Positions 24,168 through 36,716 are shown, counted from the first letter of the whole stretch. The stretch is 63,577 nt of DNA, filler included, from Rhabdomonas costata (GCA_019059605.1; 54 parts of 54 records of this genome joined end to end with filler, not necessarily neighbours in it); one strand, 5' to 3'. A program made the numbers and translations. The notes: generated from the sequence alone by a model not told the origin.

Positions 24168-26304
24168 CTGGACACAAAAACCAATCCCATAATGGAGCGA
24201 ACACAGAAAGAGAAGTTGGAAACGCGGTCACGCCCGAAGGCATCATCTTGAAAGAAGGAAGTAACACTGAGGACCGACGTGAACATCCCTACCATTGATG
24301 TGGCCACAGTCAAAGGGAAAGGACTTAAACCATTGTTTCTTGTTTCCTGGCCCATGAAGGAGAAGTGGGAAGATAAAAACTGTCCGTTTGTCTCGCTACA
24401 ATTTGCGTCACTGGGCTTGAAGGCCTGGAAGGCCCGGACGCTGAAGAGTGGCGAAGAGACGCAATGGATCCAACTACAAAAAAGGTTCGTAAACCAGTGG
24501 TAAGAGAAACCACAACGTTGCACGCGCATGTGCGAGCTGCTCTCCTTACCTGACGGCGGACGAACTCCGTCAGCTTCTCTGTGCGAACCTGAACAGAAGA
24601 ACGAAATGAATCTGCACCTGCCTCGCATGGAGCCAAGCACCACTTCCATGCCAAAACCCCCNNNNNNNNNNNNNNNNNNNNNNNNNNNNNNNNNNNNNNN
24701 NNNNNTTAATTAATTAANNNNNNNNNNNNNNNNNNNNNNNNNNNNNNNNNNNNNNNNNNNNTGTGGGGGGTAACAAGAGAAGTTGCGCAATGAAATGCAG
24801 TTTGCAAATGTTATCGAAAGCACAATACACCGGAATTAATCATTACATCTCAGAATCTGCTTTCGATAACATTTGCAAACTGCATTTCATTGCGCAACTT
24901 CTCTTGTTGCCCCCCACGACACTCGAAAGACCGCCTTGTGCGACTTCGATTGGCACAAAACAAGAGGAAAACGTCACTACAGTGGGCACATGCAACAAGA
25001 ACTGCCGCATACCAAGAAATAATCACACACTCAACAGAGGATGGACCGACACACAGGGAATTCACAGAAACGTACCTCCACATGAAAAACCTACACTGCT
25101 GATAGCTGCGAGGTACAGATACAGAATATTGCTTCCAACACATGGTACTATCCACGCAGAGGTAAACTCAAGCTCTCTCCTTCAACTGGAGGTTTCTGTG
25201 TAACACTGGGGAGGCGAGGGAAGGACTGAGGGTGTTGGGCACGTCCCAGGTCCTCCATCATTTCTCTCGCTGCTGATTATGAGGCCCACTAACATCACCC
25301 CATCAGCCCTGCAAAAACCATAAAAACAAAAAGGAGAAATGACAGTTCCGCCGCTGCAGCTTTAGAAGGTCGGGCGGACACATATATGAAGCTTCTGGGA
25401 ATCGCTCAAGGGTGTGATGATTTGGAGGAAACTGCAAAAGGGAAGCCAGCCCGTGTGGAACCGAGAGGCAAAAAAAACGGCAAAGGCATCCAATGGCCCG
25501 ACAGGTGCCACAGAGGGTCACTGCAAAAACGCCGCCATGGTCAAGACGACTCATCACCACCACCAATTCCACAAACGGTGCCAAAGGTGGAGGTAAATTG
25601 CATCGGGCATTTTTCGACTGAATTTCTTGTTTCGCATTATGTAAGGAAAGTCCCTTGGGTGGGCATCTCCATGAACCCACAAATGTCGGCAACAGGCCTT
25701 TGCCGAGCAAAAGCTGATTTTGATTCCTATGGATTCCTCCCTGGCAAAACCTCACAGGAACAACCTGCACAGACTGTTGCTCCAGCATGACGATCATGCT
25801 GGTGTAGGACGCCAACAAACCACCACACACACCCAACACNNNNNNNNNNNNNNNNNNNNNNNNNNNNNNNNNNNNNNNNNNNNTTAATTAATTAANNNNN
25901 NNNNNNNNNNNNNNNNNNNNNNNNNNNNNNNNNNNNNNNGGGATATCGCCAAGGAAGTGTTTATTGCATTTACCTGCCCCACGAAATGGTTCACCAACGT
26001 CGAATTCCCACGTTTTCCAACCGCCGTGGTTGCAAAAGGGAACGAACTCCAGGACACAAAATCCAGTTGAAATGCCTCTTGCCGCGCTTCACCCCCCACA
26101 CATGGCCCTTGGGGTCAATCAAGCACTTCCAAAGGTTTTGATGTGACCCCACTTTGTAAACATAGCTCACCCAGATTGGTTAATACATCTGGGAGGACTA
26201 CTTTCTCCCAAAACCCTGTCTAAAGATGAAAAAAAAAGTGTTCACGTTTTGTCACTAAACCCCAGGCGCATGCTCCTGGAAGGCAGGGTTGAGCTTCACA
26301 CACC

Positions 26305-26584
26305 CCGGCTGAGCTGCCTTCCCCCGCTGCCTCCTGAGCGGTTCCCCCAATCCCTAACACCGCAACGCGGGGGTTGGCTCGCAGCATAGCCCGCATGGTT
26401 GAGGCGCAGGCTGGGGGTATGGCGTTTCCGGTCAGGTTCAGCCCTGTCAGTGTGGGGTGGTGGGCGGCCATCCCCGCCACTGCGAGAAGGTCCGGCGGTG
26501 ACAGCCAGTTGTGGCTGAGGTCCAGAAGAGTCAGCCGGGGAGAGCGGCAGCACAGATCCAAAACCGCGCGGAGGCCCTTGCTTC
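26305..26584 (-). CDS. RI-like leucine-rich repeat protein exon
   Basis: aacAG|GA; LTLLDLSHNWL...HPTLTGLNLTGNAI...NPRVAVLGIGGT contains LxxLxLxxN repeats. The 3' end is approximate. Confidence 0.8.
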
Positions 26585-27739
26585 CTGTTTTGAATTTTTT
26601 TTCAGGGCGGGCAATTTCTTCAACAAAAAAAAAGCAAGCTGCTCTCGGCCACACTCAATGTGTCACAAAGCAGAAAAGAGGGAGGATTCCAGTAAGACCG
26701 ATAAAGCGGACTTGACAAACTGGAAAGACCTGTATCTGAGAGAATTTACGAGACATCGCAGGAGAGATCTGACATCCGACAAATGAGAAGGAATGAAAGA
26801 CATTGGGGCAAGGAAAACATAGAAAAAAGAATGCAAGGGAAGTTGTAAGTTGAAAAACGGACAGGGAAGGGAAGCACAATAACGGCAGGGAGTTTGGTGG
26901 GGCGCTGCCTTGGTCGCCAACAGATCTGCAGTGTCCTGGAGGTAACATCCCGCATTCACTGCGCCACAACTTTGCATCGCGATGCACATCTGCAAAATAC
27001 TTTTTTCAAACACAAAACCNNNNNNNNNNNNNNNNNNNNNNNNNNNNNNNNNNNNNNNNNNNNTTAATTAATTAANNNNNNNNNNNNNNNNNNNNNNNNN
27101 NNNNNNNNNNNNNNNNNNNGTTGTTGTTTCTGTGCAAGGGAGCAAGGTGACCTGTGTAAAGCTTCCCTAGCTGAGTATTCCTGGTTTCCACATTAAATTT
27201 GGCCCAGCTAAGGACTAACATATGGATGGGATACGGGCGGACAAGAAGGACCACCTTAGTTTGGGGGTGAAGGCCAGCGACGCTGCGGAGGCCAGTCCGC
27301 GTCGCACCCGGAGCGGGCAGCTGGGGAGGGAACGTGGGCCATGGTCCACTTTTAAAATATTAATAGTAAAAATTAAAGTTCAAGTAAAAATTGTTGCCTC
27401 TGGTAACTTTACCACTGGTAACCGTTGCCCCACCCCCTCCCATGTCAATTACACCAATTGATTGCACGTGCTCCTTTTTCGTACAGTTCCCGAAGAACTA
27501 TACACATCAACTTGCTCGCCAAGTGCTAGCAAACCAAAGACACCAGTCCCTGAGTCAAAGAAGAAAAGTGGCACGCCCGATATGTGTCATTTGATCCTTC
27601 AAACTTGTGGGGGTTCGGGTTTTGTAATAAAAGCTGTGATAACAAGCACATGATGCGGCCGAACCCACAACACACCAGAATCCTGCGAGTACAAAACGCT
27701 AACAAAAACCAGGATGTAAGCGAGTGATGCGTGGCCTAC

Positions 27740-27823
27740 CTTGCACACGGAGGCCCGGATGGCGTCGCACAGGGGGGACTGCAGCGGGGAGCTCAGCGCA
27801 GTCAGCAGCACCCGGATGCCGTC
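27740..27823 (-). CDS. Exon resembling the DCAF1/VprBP armadillo-like region
   Basis: cccAG|GAC...AAG|gtaggc. DGIRVLLTALSSPLQSPLCDAIRASVCK resembles the DCAF1 GI-x-VLL...D-x-IRA-x-x-CK segment. Only 28 aa. Confidence 0.5.
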
Positions 27824-28298
27824 CTGGGGGCGCACAACAAAAAAGGAAGAAAGTGAGACGCAAAAGAAAGGTGAACACTTAAGATGAAAACGGAAGGAAT
27901 GTGAAAGTTCAAAAAAAGCTTGCCATCACCAAACATTGGGAGTGCTCCGCCTTGGAGCATTCTCAACGCCTCAATGACAGGGAAGCTCATGATGGTGCTA
28001 GTTTTCAATGCGGCAGTCCATTCCATTAAATCCCCCCCAGAAAAAAACCGCCCCTGCTCCGTTCCTAAATGCAACTGTTGCAAATCAAAGGCGGCTCAGA
28101 AGAGCTATGGAGGAAAAGATGTTGAATAAAAAGAATCCCCCATACAAACCAAGTCCCGCCTCAGCGAGATAAGTCTAGCAGAACGCAGAAAACCAAAANN
28201 NNNNNNNNNNNNNNNNNNNNNNNNNNNNNNNNNNNNNNNNNNTTAATTAATTAANNNNNNNNNNNNNNNNNNNNNNNNNNNNNNNNNNNNNNNNNNNN

Positions 28299-28520
28299 GT
28301 TTTGTTTTTGTCCTTGTTTTTGTTTTTGTTTTTGTTTTTGTTTTTGTTTTTGTTTTTGTTTTTGTTTTTGTTTTTGTTTTTGTTTTTGTTTTTGTTTTTG
28401 TTTTTGTTTTTGTTTTTGTTTTTGTTTTTGTTTTTGTTTTTGTTTTTGTTTTTGTTTTTGTTTTTGTTTTTGTTTTTGTTTTTGTTTTTGTTTTTGTTTT
28501 TACTTTTACTTTTACTTTTC
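28299..28520 (+). repeat. (TTTTTG)n hexanucleotide array ending in (TTTTAC)n
   Basis: Direct reading. It produces the spurious poly-FL and poly-KN ORFs. Confidence 0.97.
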
Positions 28521-28886
28521 CATGTGCCTTGAACCTTCGTACTAGTCAAGGACGGACAGAAACCAAGCCTGCTTTGCCTTCACGCAGGTTGTGCACCTGA
28601 CGAGTCCGTCTCTTGTTGTTCCCCTTGTTTTGTTCCTGGGAAGACTAAGGAATAAGGTATTAACCAAAACATCCAGATCCACAGTTGTGCCGTTGCAACT
28701 GCCTTTACAGAATTTCCATATCGACGGTCGACATGAGTTGGCGGGAGGTGCAGGGAGGCGCCTGCTGGAGCGAATCGTTCAAGGTTTAAAAATGAGGGGA
28801 ATATGCTTTTTTGGTGGTGGTGGGGATACCGGGCCACTCCAGGCATCTGGACTGCGGGCCAAAAGGCAGGGGGTGTTCCAGGACGC

Positions 28887-29007
28887 CTTTGCGCTGTGCC
28901 GTTAGCGCGGCCAACCGGGAGACCGTGGCGTCCCCCAGGGCACAGCCGGAGACGTCCAGCTCAGCGAGGCAGTGGATGCAGCTCTGGTGGAGCAGCCGCT
29001 GGAGAGC
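28887..29007 (-). CDS. LRR protein exon
   Basis: cctcAG|GCT; LAELDVSGCALGDATVSRLA is an RI-like LRR. The 3' end is approximate. Confidence 0.6.
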
Positions 29008-30303
29008 CTGAGGAAAGGAGCGTGTGCGAAGCAGCTTGCCAACGTTGCCTTCTCTGCAAAGCGAAAGCGGCTTGAAAAAGCATCCCCGTGTCGGGCGCCA
29101 AAAGACAAGGGGTGCCAAACAACAGTCACGGAGCCTGTGGTGGACCGATTTCCAGTCAACAGTCAAATGGTAGGACCAGCATGAATGGGCTCTATCGCCT
29201 TAGAAACCCAGCGGAGGCCGGTCTACAGGCGTTAAGTCCTGCACAAACAGACAGACAAACAAGCAAACGAAAAGTTTCCTCTCCGGTTCATGAGATTGAT
29301 TCGGGCAGCAAGCAGGGTCTCACCAACCGCCACCAATGTTTTCGAACAAAAGTATGAACACACCTGACCTCCCCCCAAAACNNNNNNNNNNNNNNNNNNN
29401 NNNNNNNNNNNNNNNNNNNNNNNNNTTAATTAATTAANNNNNNNNNNNNNNNNNNNNNNNNNNNNNNNNNNNNNNNNNNNNGTTGGTGTGGCACAGGCTT
29501 TCTTCAACACCGGGTTCGGAAGAGATCACCGACTTCGATGGCGACTCTCCGATGACCAGGCATGACGGAGCATTTTGATCCCCCCCCATTGACCCCTTCG
29601 CAATAGTGATTCTCATGTTCCTCCAATTTCTTTCATGCGTGGGCTTCTGGAACTCCCTTCATTGTGGGTTCCGGCTCACACCCAGGGGTCCTTCTTGCTT
29701 TGTTTGTTGTTGTGTGCAGTTCATATCGCGCTTTGCCATGTCACTTGGATGTAAATCTGCTACCGCTTTTTATAGGCTCCGGACACTATCGTTGACCTCA
29801 TCCGCGGCTCTCTGAGGGACATCGCGGGCTTTTCGCAGGCGAGGCGGCAGTTCCATCGGGTCATTCCCCCGGCCTCACTCACATCAGCATATGCGCATGC
29901 AGCCACGTGCAATTGCAGGCATCAAGGATTCCGTGCTCTTTAAAGTAAGTGACACCAAAGCGTCTTAGTATGCCTGGTTTTTATTGGTGCATATGCCAAA
30001 CATTAGGCGATAGTGAATAGGGTAGCAGCTGAGTGGTGACAAGCGTTGAACGATACGCTATAGAAAATATGTGCTACACAACACGCATACACCAGTTTTC
30101 AACCCGTCGGTCGCGCAGTCATTCACTTTGTTGTCGGGCGCCGGTGGGTGTCGTTTGCATTGTTCAGACTAGCTGTTAGCTAAGCCACCACATGAAGGGG
30201 CTGCATCGTGTAGCATCTTGTTTCTTTCTCGCGCTGTTGCTGCGAGTACGTTTTATGTTCTAAAGGTTCTAACGTACACATGGCCCGCTCTCTTGCTGTG
30301 CAG

Positions 30304-30405
30304 TTTGTGTGGGCGATGAGGCTCCTGCGGACGTTTTTCCGCGAGGCCGCGGAGTTCCGCAAGCAGCAGAAGGCCTACTTGCTGCAGCTCTGGAGGGAGT
30401 ACGAG
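30304..30405 (+). CDS. Hypothetical protein exon
   Basis: gtgcAG|TTT...GAG|gttcgc, 102 nt, GC3-rich. Confidence 0.55.
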
Positions 30406-30660
30406 GTTCGCTCTCGGGATGGGGGAGGCTGTGTTATGCCACCTTTGTGCATAGTTCGTGTGTAGGACGGATGCGCCTCATTCATTTATTCGACAGACTC
30501 CAGACCGTCATCGCATTTCTAGCATCCTGCTTGACCGTTCAGCGGCAAAAAGAAAAACAANNNNNNNNNNNNNNNNNNNNNNNNNNNNNNNNNNNNNNNN
30601 NNNNTTAATTAATTAANNNNNNNNNNNNNNNNNNNNNNNNNNNNNNNNNNNNNNNNNNNN

Positions 30661-30735
30661 CAGTGTGCTCTCGAGGTTACGGTTACCACCGGTAACGGTT
30701 ACCAGAGGTAACAATTCTCAATAGGGAGCACACTG
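30661..30735. mobile_element. Candidate miniature TIR element (CAGTGTGCTC...GAGCACACTG) with internal GGTTAC/GGTAAC repeats
   Basis: Perfect 10-bp terminal inverted repeat. The internal sequence is shared, in reverse complement, with 27389-27428 on another contig. Confidence 0.4.
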
Positions 30736-31059
30736 TGTCATCCATTTTTGGACGATGTCAGGGAATTCTGGCTTTTTCTTTCACCCCCTCCCCCAAAGCG
30801 ATCGAGAACGATGCAATGGGTGGGGCCCAGCACCAGTTGGGTAAGCACGAGATGCAGTGGCAATCAATGGGTTGGAGGGGGGAGGGGTGCCCAGGCACGT
30901 GGGGAGGTTTTGCGTTCGGGTGTGCCCTGGCGTTCCCTTGCTTTCAGCGCTTGTGAGAGGCGTGTGAGCCCAGGGTCACGCATCGCATGCCCTTCTTAAC
31001 TGGTTGCCTAATGTTACCTTGAAATTACCTTAAGTAATAACCCACAGGCAGAAACACAC

Positions 31060-31351
31060 CTATGGCGCGGCCCTGGAGCAGCCCAAGGTCCTCCCCAATC
31101 TCCAGGATATCCCTGGCCAGCTGGAGGTTTCCCTGCGCCACCACGAGGTGCAGGGGGTTCTCCCCATCATAAAACCGCAGCGCGCCTCCGGCGTACCGCT
31201 GCCGAAGAAGAGTCCGAAGGAAGCTGCGGGCAGGCTCACCGGCCCGGGCTTGTGCCAGTAGCCCTCGAATTAGTGCGGCGTGCTTCCTCAGCAGGATCAC
31301 CAGGAAGGGGGTGGCCCCGACTAGATCCCGGCGGTTTCGGAAACTAGGGTC
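31060..31351 (-). CDS. TRPV-type ankyrin repeat domain exon (putative TRP cation channel)
   Basis: cttcAG|GAC; RDLVGATPFLVILL...LLRQRY...FYDGENPLHLVVAQGNLQLARDIL...LLQGRAIG(VF). Y-x-GE-x-x-LH and RA-x-G-x-F are TRPV ankyrin-domain finger motifs. The donor may lie up to about 30 nt further on. Confidence 0.7.
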
Positions 31352-31553
31352 CTGAAGATGACAACCAGTTCCATTGTACTCCCACCGCAGCAAGGTCTCT
31401 AATTCACAACCCATCACAACAGGACGTCACACCGCAAAAAGACACACTCACACAACAGCACATTACGTTGTGCTTAAAATTGCTGCATACAAAAACATCC
31501 AGAAATTCGAAGTGCAGTTCAAAGTTCAAAGTTCAAGGTTCAATTCAGCTCAG

Positions 31554-31597
31554 TGCAATGCAATGCAATGCAATGCAATGCAATGCAATGCAATGCA
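31554..31597 (+). repeat. (TGCAA)n microsatellite
   Basis: Direct reading. Confidence 0.95.
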
Positions 31598-32796
31598 TTG
31601 CATTGCAGTGCGATTCAGCACAGTTTGGTTCAATTCAAATGAACGGTGGAAGTGGCAACCCTGAAAGAAGGGATGCAATTTCCACAGGTCGTCACTCGGT
31701 TTGTGCCGGCAACCCACGAAAAAAGATTCCACACAAACANNNNNNNNNNNNNNNNNNNNNNNNNNNNNNNNNNNNNNNNNNNNTTAATTAATTAANNNNN
31801 NNNNNNNNNNNNNNNNNNNNNNNNNNNNNNNNNNNNNNNGGTTTTTTGGGATGTAATAGCCCTCCCCTTTTGCACCTTCGCTGCGACTGCGGCCCGACCT
31901 CACAGCGAAGGTGCAAAAGGGGAGGGCTATTACATCCCAAAAAAAGAGTTTACCATAGGACAGGGGGGAGGAGCTGAAGGAATTATCCCAGCGCTCTGGT
32001 GCTGCGTTATTTAAAGGGGTTAAAGGGACTTTAAAACATTCCATCGTTTGAGAGAAAGGTTTGGAATTGAACGCCCACAAAATGGGTATGGTTTGCAGGC
32101 CCGAACATTGCGACCTTCACTCGCTCGACATTCATGGCCTACCAACCCCATCCTCCAACGCAAATCTTCAGTTGGGCTGTGTAGTGGGTAACGAAGCATG
32201 GATGGAAGGAAAAGGCTTTTTTGATTTGAAAAAGCGATACTGCGCTGCAGTGTTCCAGCTTTTCGATCTTGTTGTGTTTTTGGTCATCTGTGAGCATTGA
32301 TTATAAAACTACCGACTAGTTGCTAGAGCATGACTTACTTTACTTTGTGGTGTTTCCATCGGGGCCATTCTTTTTGCTTGTGGAATCTCTCTTTGCTAAG
32401 CTTTTCGAAACAGTGACCAGGAATAGAAATCAGCTACAAAGTGCACAAGTAGTACTCTCTCTCAACACAAGTGAATTGACTGACAAAAAACTTATCGGGA
32501 CCCATTTAGTATGTTTGGCCTGCCCCCATCCGAATGTCCCGTAATTGTAATTGGAGGACGGGAGAGTACTTGCATGCGCAGACAGGGGGGCGTTCAGCCG
32601 TGGCGACAGAGGTAAGTAAACACAAAGTTGAGGGAAATGTCGATAGTATGGTATTTTGAGTCTCTCCCACACACACGCACACAGCAAGGTATCCCTTCCC
32701 CTTCCCTTTCCAAGCACACCAACCTGTTGCCCCCCATCCGTTTCAGCGTTAGCTTTCTCTATTGTTTTCTCAATTTGCCATTTTTGTATGTTTTAG

Positions 32797-32874
32797 GACA
32801 GTGCTGGCCTCACGGCCTTTGAGATCGTCCTACGGCACAGCCGCTGCGATGAGGTCGGGGAGCTCCTCGCAGCG
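32797..32874 (+). CDS. Ankyrin-repeat-like exon fragment, truncated by a fold-back chimera
   Basis: ttttAG|GAC; DSAGLTAFEIVLRHSRCDEVGELLA fits D..G.TA...EV.ELL. Confidence 0.45.
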
Positions 32875-33986
32875 GCTGTGCCGTAGGACGATCTCCAAGG
32901 CCGTGAGACCACCACCACNNNNNNNNNNNNNNNNNNNNNNNNNNNNNNNNNNNNNNNNNNNNTTAATTAATTAANNNNNNNNNNNNNNNNNNNNNNNNNN
33001 NNNNNNNNNNNNNNNNNNGTAGAAGGAAGCATCAAGGCATCAAGGTCACCAACACACAAAGAGGCAGGAATCAGCACAGGAGCAACAGAGCCGGGGAACT
33101 GAAGCGCAGGACTCACACAGAGGGTAACGGTAACGCTAGAAGGAAGAGCTGAAGTCATGCTGAGGTCAGCAATACGCACCAAGACACGGGCAACATCACC
33201 AACATCACCAATACGCACAAGGTCAGAAGGAGCAGGAGTCACACACACAAGGTCAAGGTCCTACGCACAGAGTCAGGAAGAGCAAGAGTCACAGAGTCAA
33301 GAACATGCACAGTCACAGAGTCAGCAAGGTCGCAAGAAACACACGTCAAGGTCAGAGAGTCACCGTCGCACATCAGCAGAGGTCCCAATACACACACAGC
33401 ATAACCAGAAGCAGCACACACAACGTCAAGAACACCAACAATGCCGACACACACAACAGGAACACCAACAGAGACGCAGACAGCATGGGAACGTAGAGCA
33501 TAAGAGTGACATGGGTAAGAAGCGGAAGCAGAGACAGAGACAGAACCGGAGACAGAAGCCCATACAGAAGCAGCAGACACAGCCAACGACACAGAACCAC
33601 GCGTAGGATCAGAGCAACATGGGTAAGAGACAGACACAGGCATAGAGGCAGAAGGACACACAGTTGAGGCAACACCACCAAGGTCAACAGCATCCACACC
33701 ACCCATCGACATTTGGAGGCCCACAGCAACCGGAGACAGAGACACAATAACAGGAGACGTAAACACAGGAAGCGCACAGCAACAACGGGAGGCCAACACA
33801 ACACCAGACACAGCAACAGGGACACCACCAGCAGCACACACACCACACACTCCAGGCACACCAGCCACTCCACGCACCCTCCAGCCACAGCAGCACTCCC
33901 TAGGTTACAGCAGCACTCCCTACTCCTACACCAACATCTACTCCTCCAGCAACACACCCTACGACTCCTCCACAGAACCCTATAGT

Positions 33987-34113
<127 letters not shown>

Positions 34114-34528
34114 NNNNNNNNNNNNNNNNNNNNNNNNNNNNNNNNNNNNNNNNNNNNTTAATTAATTAANNNNNNNNNNNNNNNNNNNNNNNNNNNNNNN
34201 NNNNNNNNNNNNNCCGGTTTGTTTGTTTTCATATCCAGAATTCTATTTCCTCCCCTCAGGGGATTTCACGCGTTACTGCAATCTGGATCCTTTCTGAGGG
34301 TCTCTGAAAGTGAACTGCGAAAATTTTCTGGGGTTGTACCCGAAGAAACTTCTTGTGCGCGTTTCGCTTGTGTTGTGTTTTGAGGTGACATTGATGTCGG
34401 TTCTGTGAAATCCGCTGTCCATCTTCTGCGAAGTGATGCTCTCCGATTAGCGTTGGCTTGGACTTCGCCTGTCCTCTGTCCCAATTCCCTTCGTTTCCTT
34501 CCTTCCTTCCTTCCTTCCTCATCCACAG

Positions 34529-35291
34529 TGGCGCCAGACCTGCTATTCCATTGGCAGTGGATGCACAAGGAGGCCGTCGTCGCCCTGAAGGCCCTTTTCG
34601 AAAAGGCACGTCCTTGTCCACAGTGAGAATGAGAGATTTAGACTCGCGAGCCCGTTCCTGCCAGTATACCCCGCGGAGGAAAAACTGGCAGCCTGCAGTC
34701 CGGTTTGAACACGAGCCAAACAGGGGGATTCCTCACTCCCGTGTTACCAAACGAAGCATTATCTGGCTTGAGAGACCCCGACCCGAGCCACAAGATGTCG
34801 CCATTCCCACACCTCTCACAAGCAGAGAGTGGATGAGTGCGGGGGATGGGGATGCTGATTTGATGTCAACTCCATCACTACCTTATACTTATTTTGTTTT
34901 GACTCCGTTTCTCTCAGTGGTGCATCGCACTTCTGAGAGAATTCCTGTACGCCCCACCTCCAAAACTGGCTCCCTTTTGCAGAGGCGCTTTGGGGAAACA
35001 TGCACGGCTCCAGCTTTGGGTTTTGGTGACGGGGTTTTCTGAAATTCTGATGGTTTCTGGTTTCCCAGCCGATACACCCGGAAGGCAGCCCGCTGTGTGT
35101 TGGATTCCATTTTGACCCGATGAAAAAAGGGAGTGGAGCAGTACCAGAAGTGCGACCCCAAGGCCGCCCTGAAGTGGTTCACCGAGGCCCGAGCAGTGAT
35201 GCCCTCGGACAAGGCTTGCCGCGTGATGGCGGAGATGTGCCAGAAAGCCATCACCGGCGGCCCGTCGGACGGGGTGATCGACGTTCTGACC
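34529..35291 (+). CDS. C-terminal TPR-like tail of a class III adenylate/guanylate cyclase; exons 34529-34605 and 35130-35291
   Basis: Spliced: LKALFEK|GVEQYQKCDPKAALKWFTEARAVMPSDKACRVMAEMCQ...SDGVIDVLT. This matches the G..Y....A...F.....P.D......C....(W)DGV tail of bacterial-type cyclases. GC donor at 34606. Confidence 0.7.
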
Positions 35292-35818
35292 ANNNNNNNN
35301 NNNNNNNNNNNNNNNNNNNNNNNNNNNNNNNNNNNNTTAATTAATTAANNNNNNNNNNNNNNNNNNNNNNNNNNNNNNNNNNNNNNNNNNNNGCAAGAAA
35401 ATTGCTTCTCTATGTACACCACGGTATGGAGACGAAAACTCAAACTGAAGCAACCCCAACCGTCATGAAAAAAAACTGGGACAGGCCTTCCATAGAGCCT
35501 TTCTCGCGGGCCACGTCCCGGAATTCACGGGATCGTGGCTATTCTTTCACACACACACACACACAACTTTCATTGTCATGAGCAGTTGCTTGGGCTTACT
35601 GTTCAATCTTTGGCTCACCATCACTCGTTCTCGTTTGAAATTAATCATGCGCTCCACGGAAAAAGCTGTACGGCTACTCTCCAAGCATAAAAGACGATAC
35701 ATCAACAGACTGTGGGACGATAAGCAATTAACGATGGAGCTGGGTGCATCAAAAAGAACGTCAGGGGCAGGATGCAGGCACACTGCGGTGAGGGACCCTC
35801 CTTTGCTGCGCCCTGACC

Positions 35819-36414
35819 CTCCCAGCGCTTCTTGTCCGCCGCCATCTTAGTAATCGCCAGACGAAGGTCCTTGGCCTCCTTCACACTTAGCAACAGCCGC
35901 AGCTGCTCCTACGTGGCAGATCCCCAACATGCAACATTCACAAAAAATCGAGCGTCTGCTTCTGGATATGAGTCGTGTGACTGGCGTGGCCACAGACGAC
36001 CACTCCCACTCCCCGCCACTACATACCGTTCTCACCGAAATGTCTACAACGGAAACGCAGGCTGTGGGGTCGCCTCTCTCGGGCAGAGGGAAAGGGACAC
36101 CACCCACACCCAAGATCCAAAGCGAGTTCATCGCTCAGCAGGTGGCATACAGGTTAAATATAAAGCTGACAACCAGAGTGTGCGGGGAACTGCAAAACGG
36201 GAGCATAAGCATAGGTGGGTAATGGACAGAGTGAGGGTATAGGCAAAGCATCACAGAAAAAACCTCCTCGAGAGCCTTTGCCAGGGTCTCCGCCTTATTG
36301 TCGCGTGACCCCAGCAGCGACTCCAGAGTGGACTTCGTGAGCTGCAGAGACTGTGCCAGGTCACGGTTGTTCTCGCGCAACTTCTGCATGGCATCCTCCG
36401 TCTCCTCCTGATAC
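35819..36414 (-). CDS. Coiled-coil protein; exons 36414-36264 and 35908 to about 35819
   Basis: YQEETEDAMQKLRENNRDLAQSLQLTK...ALEE|EQLRLLLSVKEAKDLR, with GT-AG boundaries in phase. Confidence 0.6.
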
Positions 36415-36716
36415 CTTGCATCCACGAGGGTGCGATGAGGCGGGTGGGTGGATCAAGTAGGACAACACCACNNNNNNNNNNNNNNNNNNNNNNNNNNNNN
36501 NNNNNNNNNNNNNNNTTAATTAATTAANNNNNNNNNNNNNNNNNNNNNNNNNNNNNNNNNNNNNNNNNNNNGTGGGGTTTGATTTCGCAGCCCCCTTCTT
36601 CACATCCTTTCCACTTTTCACACGTCTCTGGCCATACTGTGAATGTCAGCTGCATTTCCTGGACTTGGACTCCGTACAGAATTCTTGTGAGGAACTCACA
36701 TTTGTTTTTCGGACAG

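Noticed and set aside
25430..25800. Faint non-LTR RT-like words (KASNGPTG, KLILIP) across shifted frames
   Set aside because: Multiple stops and frameshifts and no YADD or QG motif. Too weak to call without a profile search.
25814..25839. A/C-rich 3' tails and G/T-rich 5' starts on most contigs (e.g. 1-25, 3538-3566, 22283-22303), resembling telomere-capped nanochromosomes
   Set aside because: Irregular with no fixed unit, and the polarity is opposite to telomeres (C/A at the 3' end). They cut through exons and introns at random, consistent with untrimmed low-complexity tailing from single-strand library preparation.
28247..28549. Poly-KN and poly-FL ORFs, and similar repeat ORFs at 11736-12078 and 58915-59430
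   Set aside because: These are translations of microsatellites.
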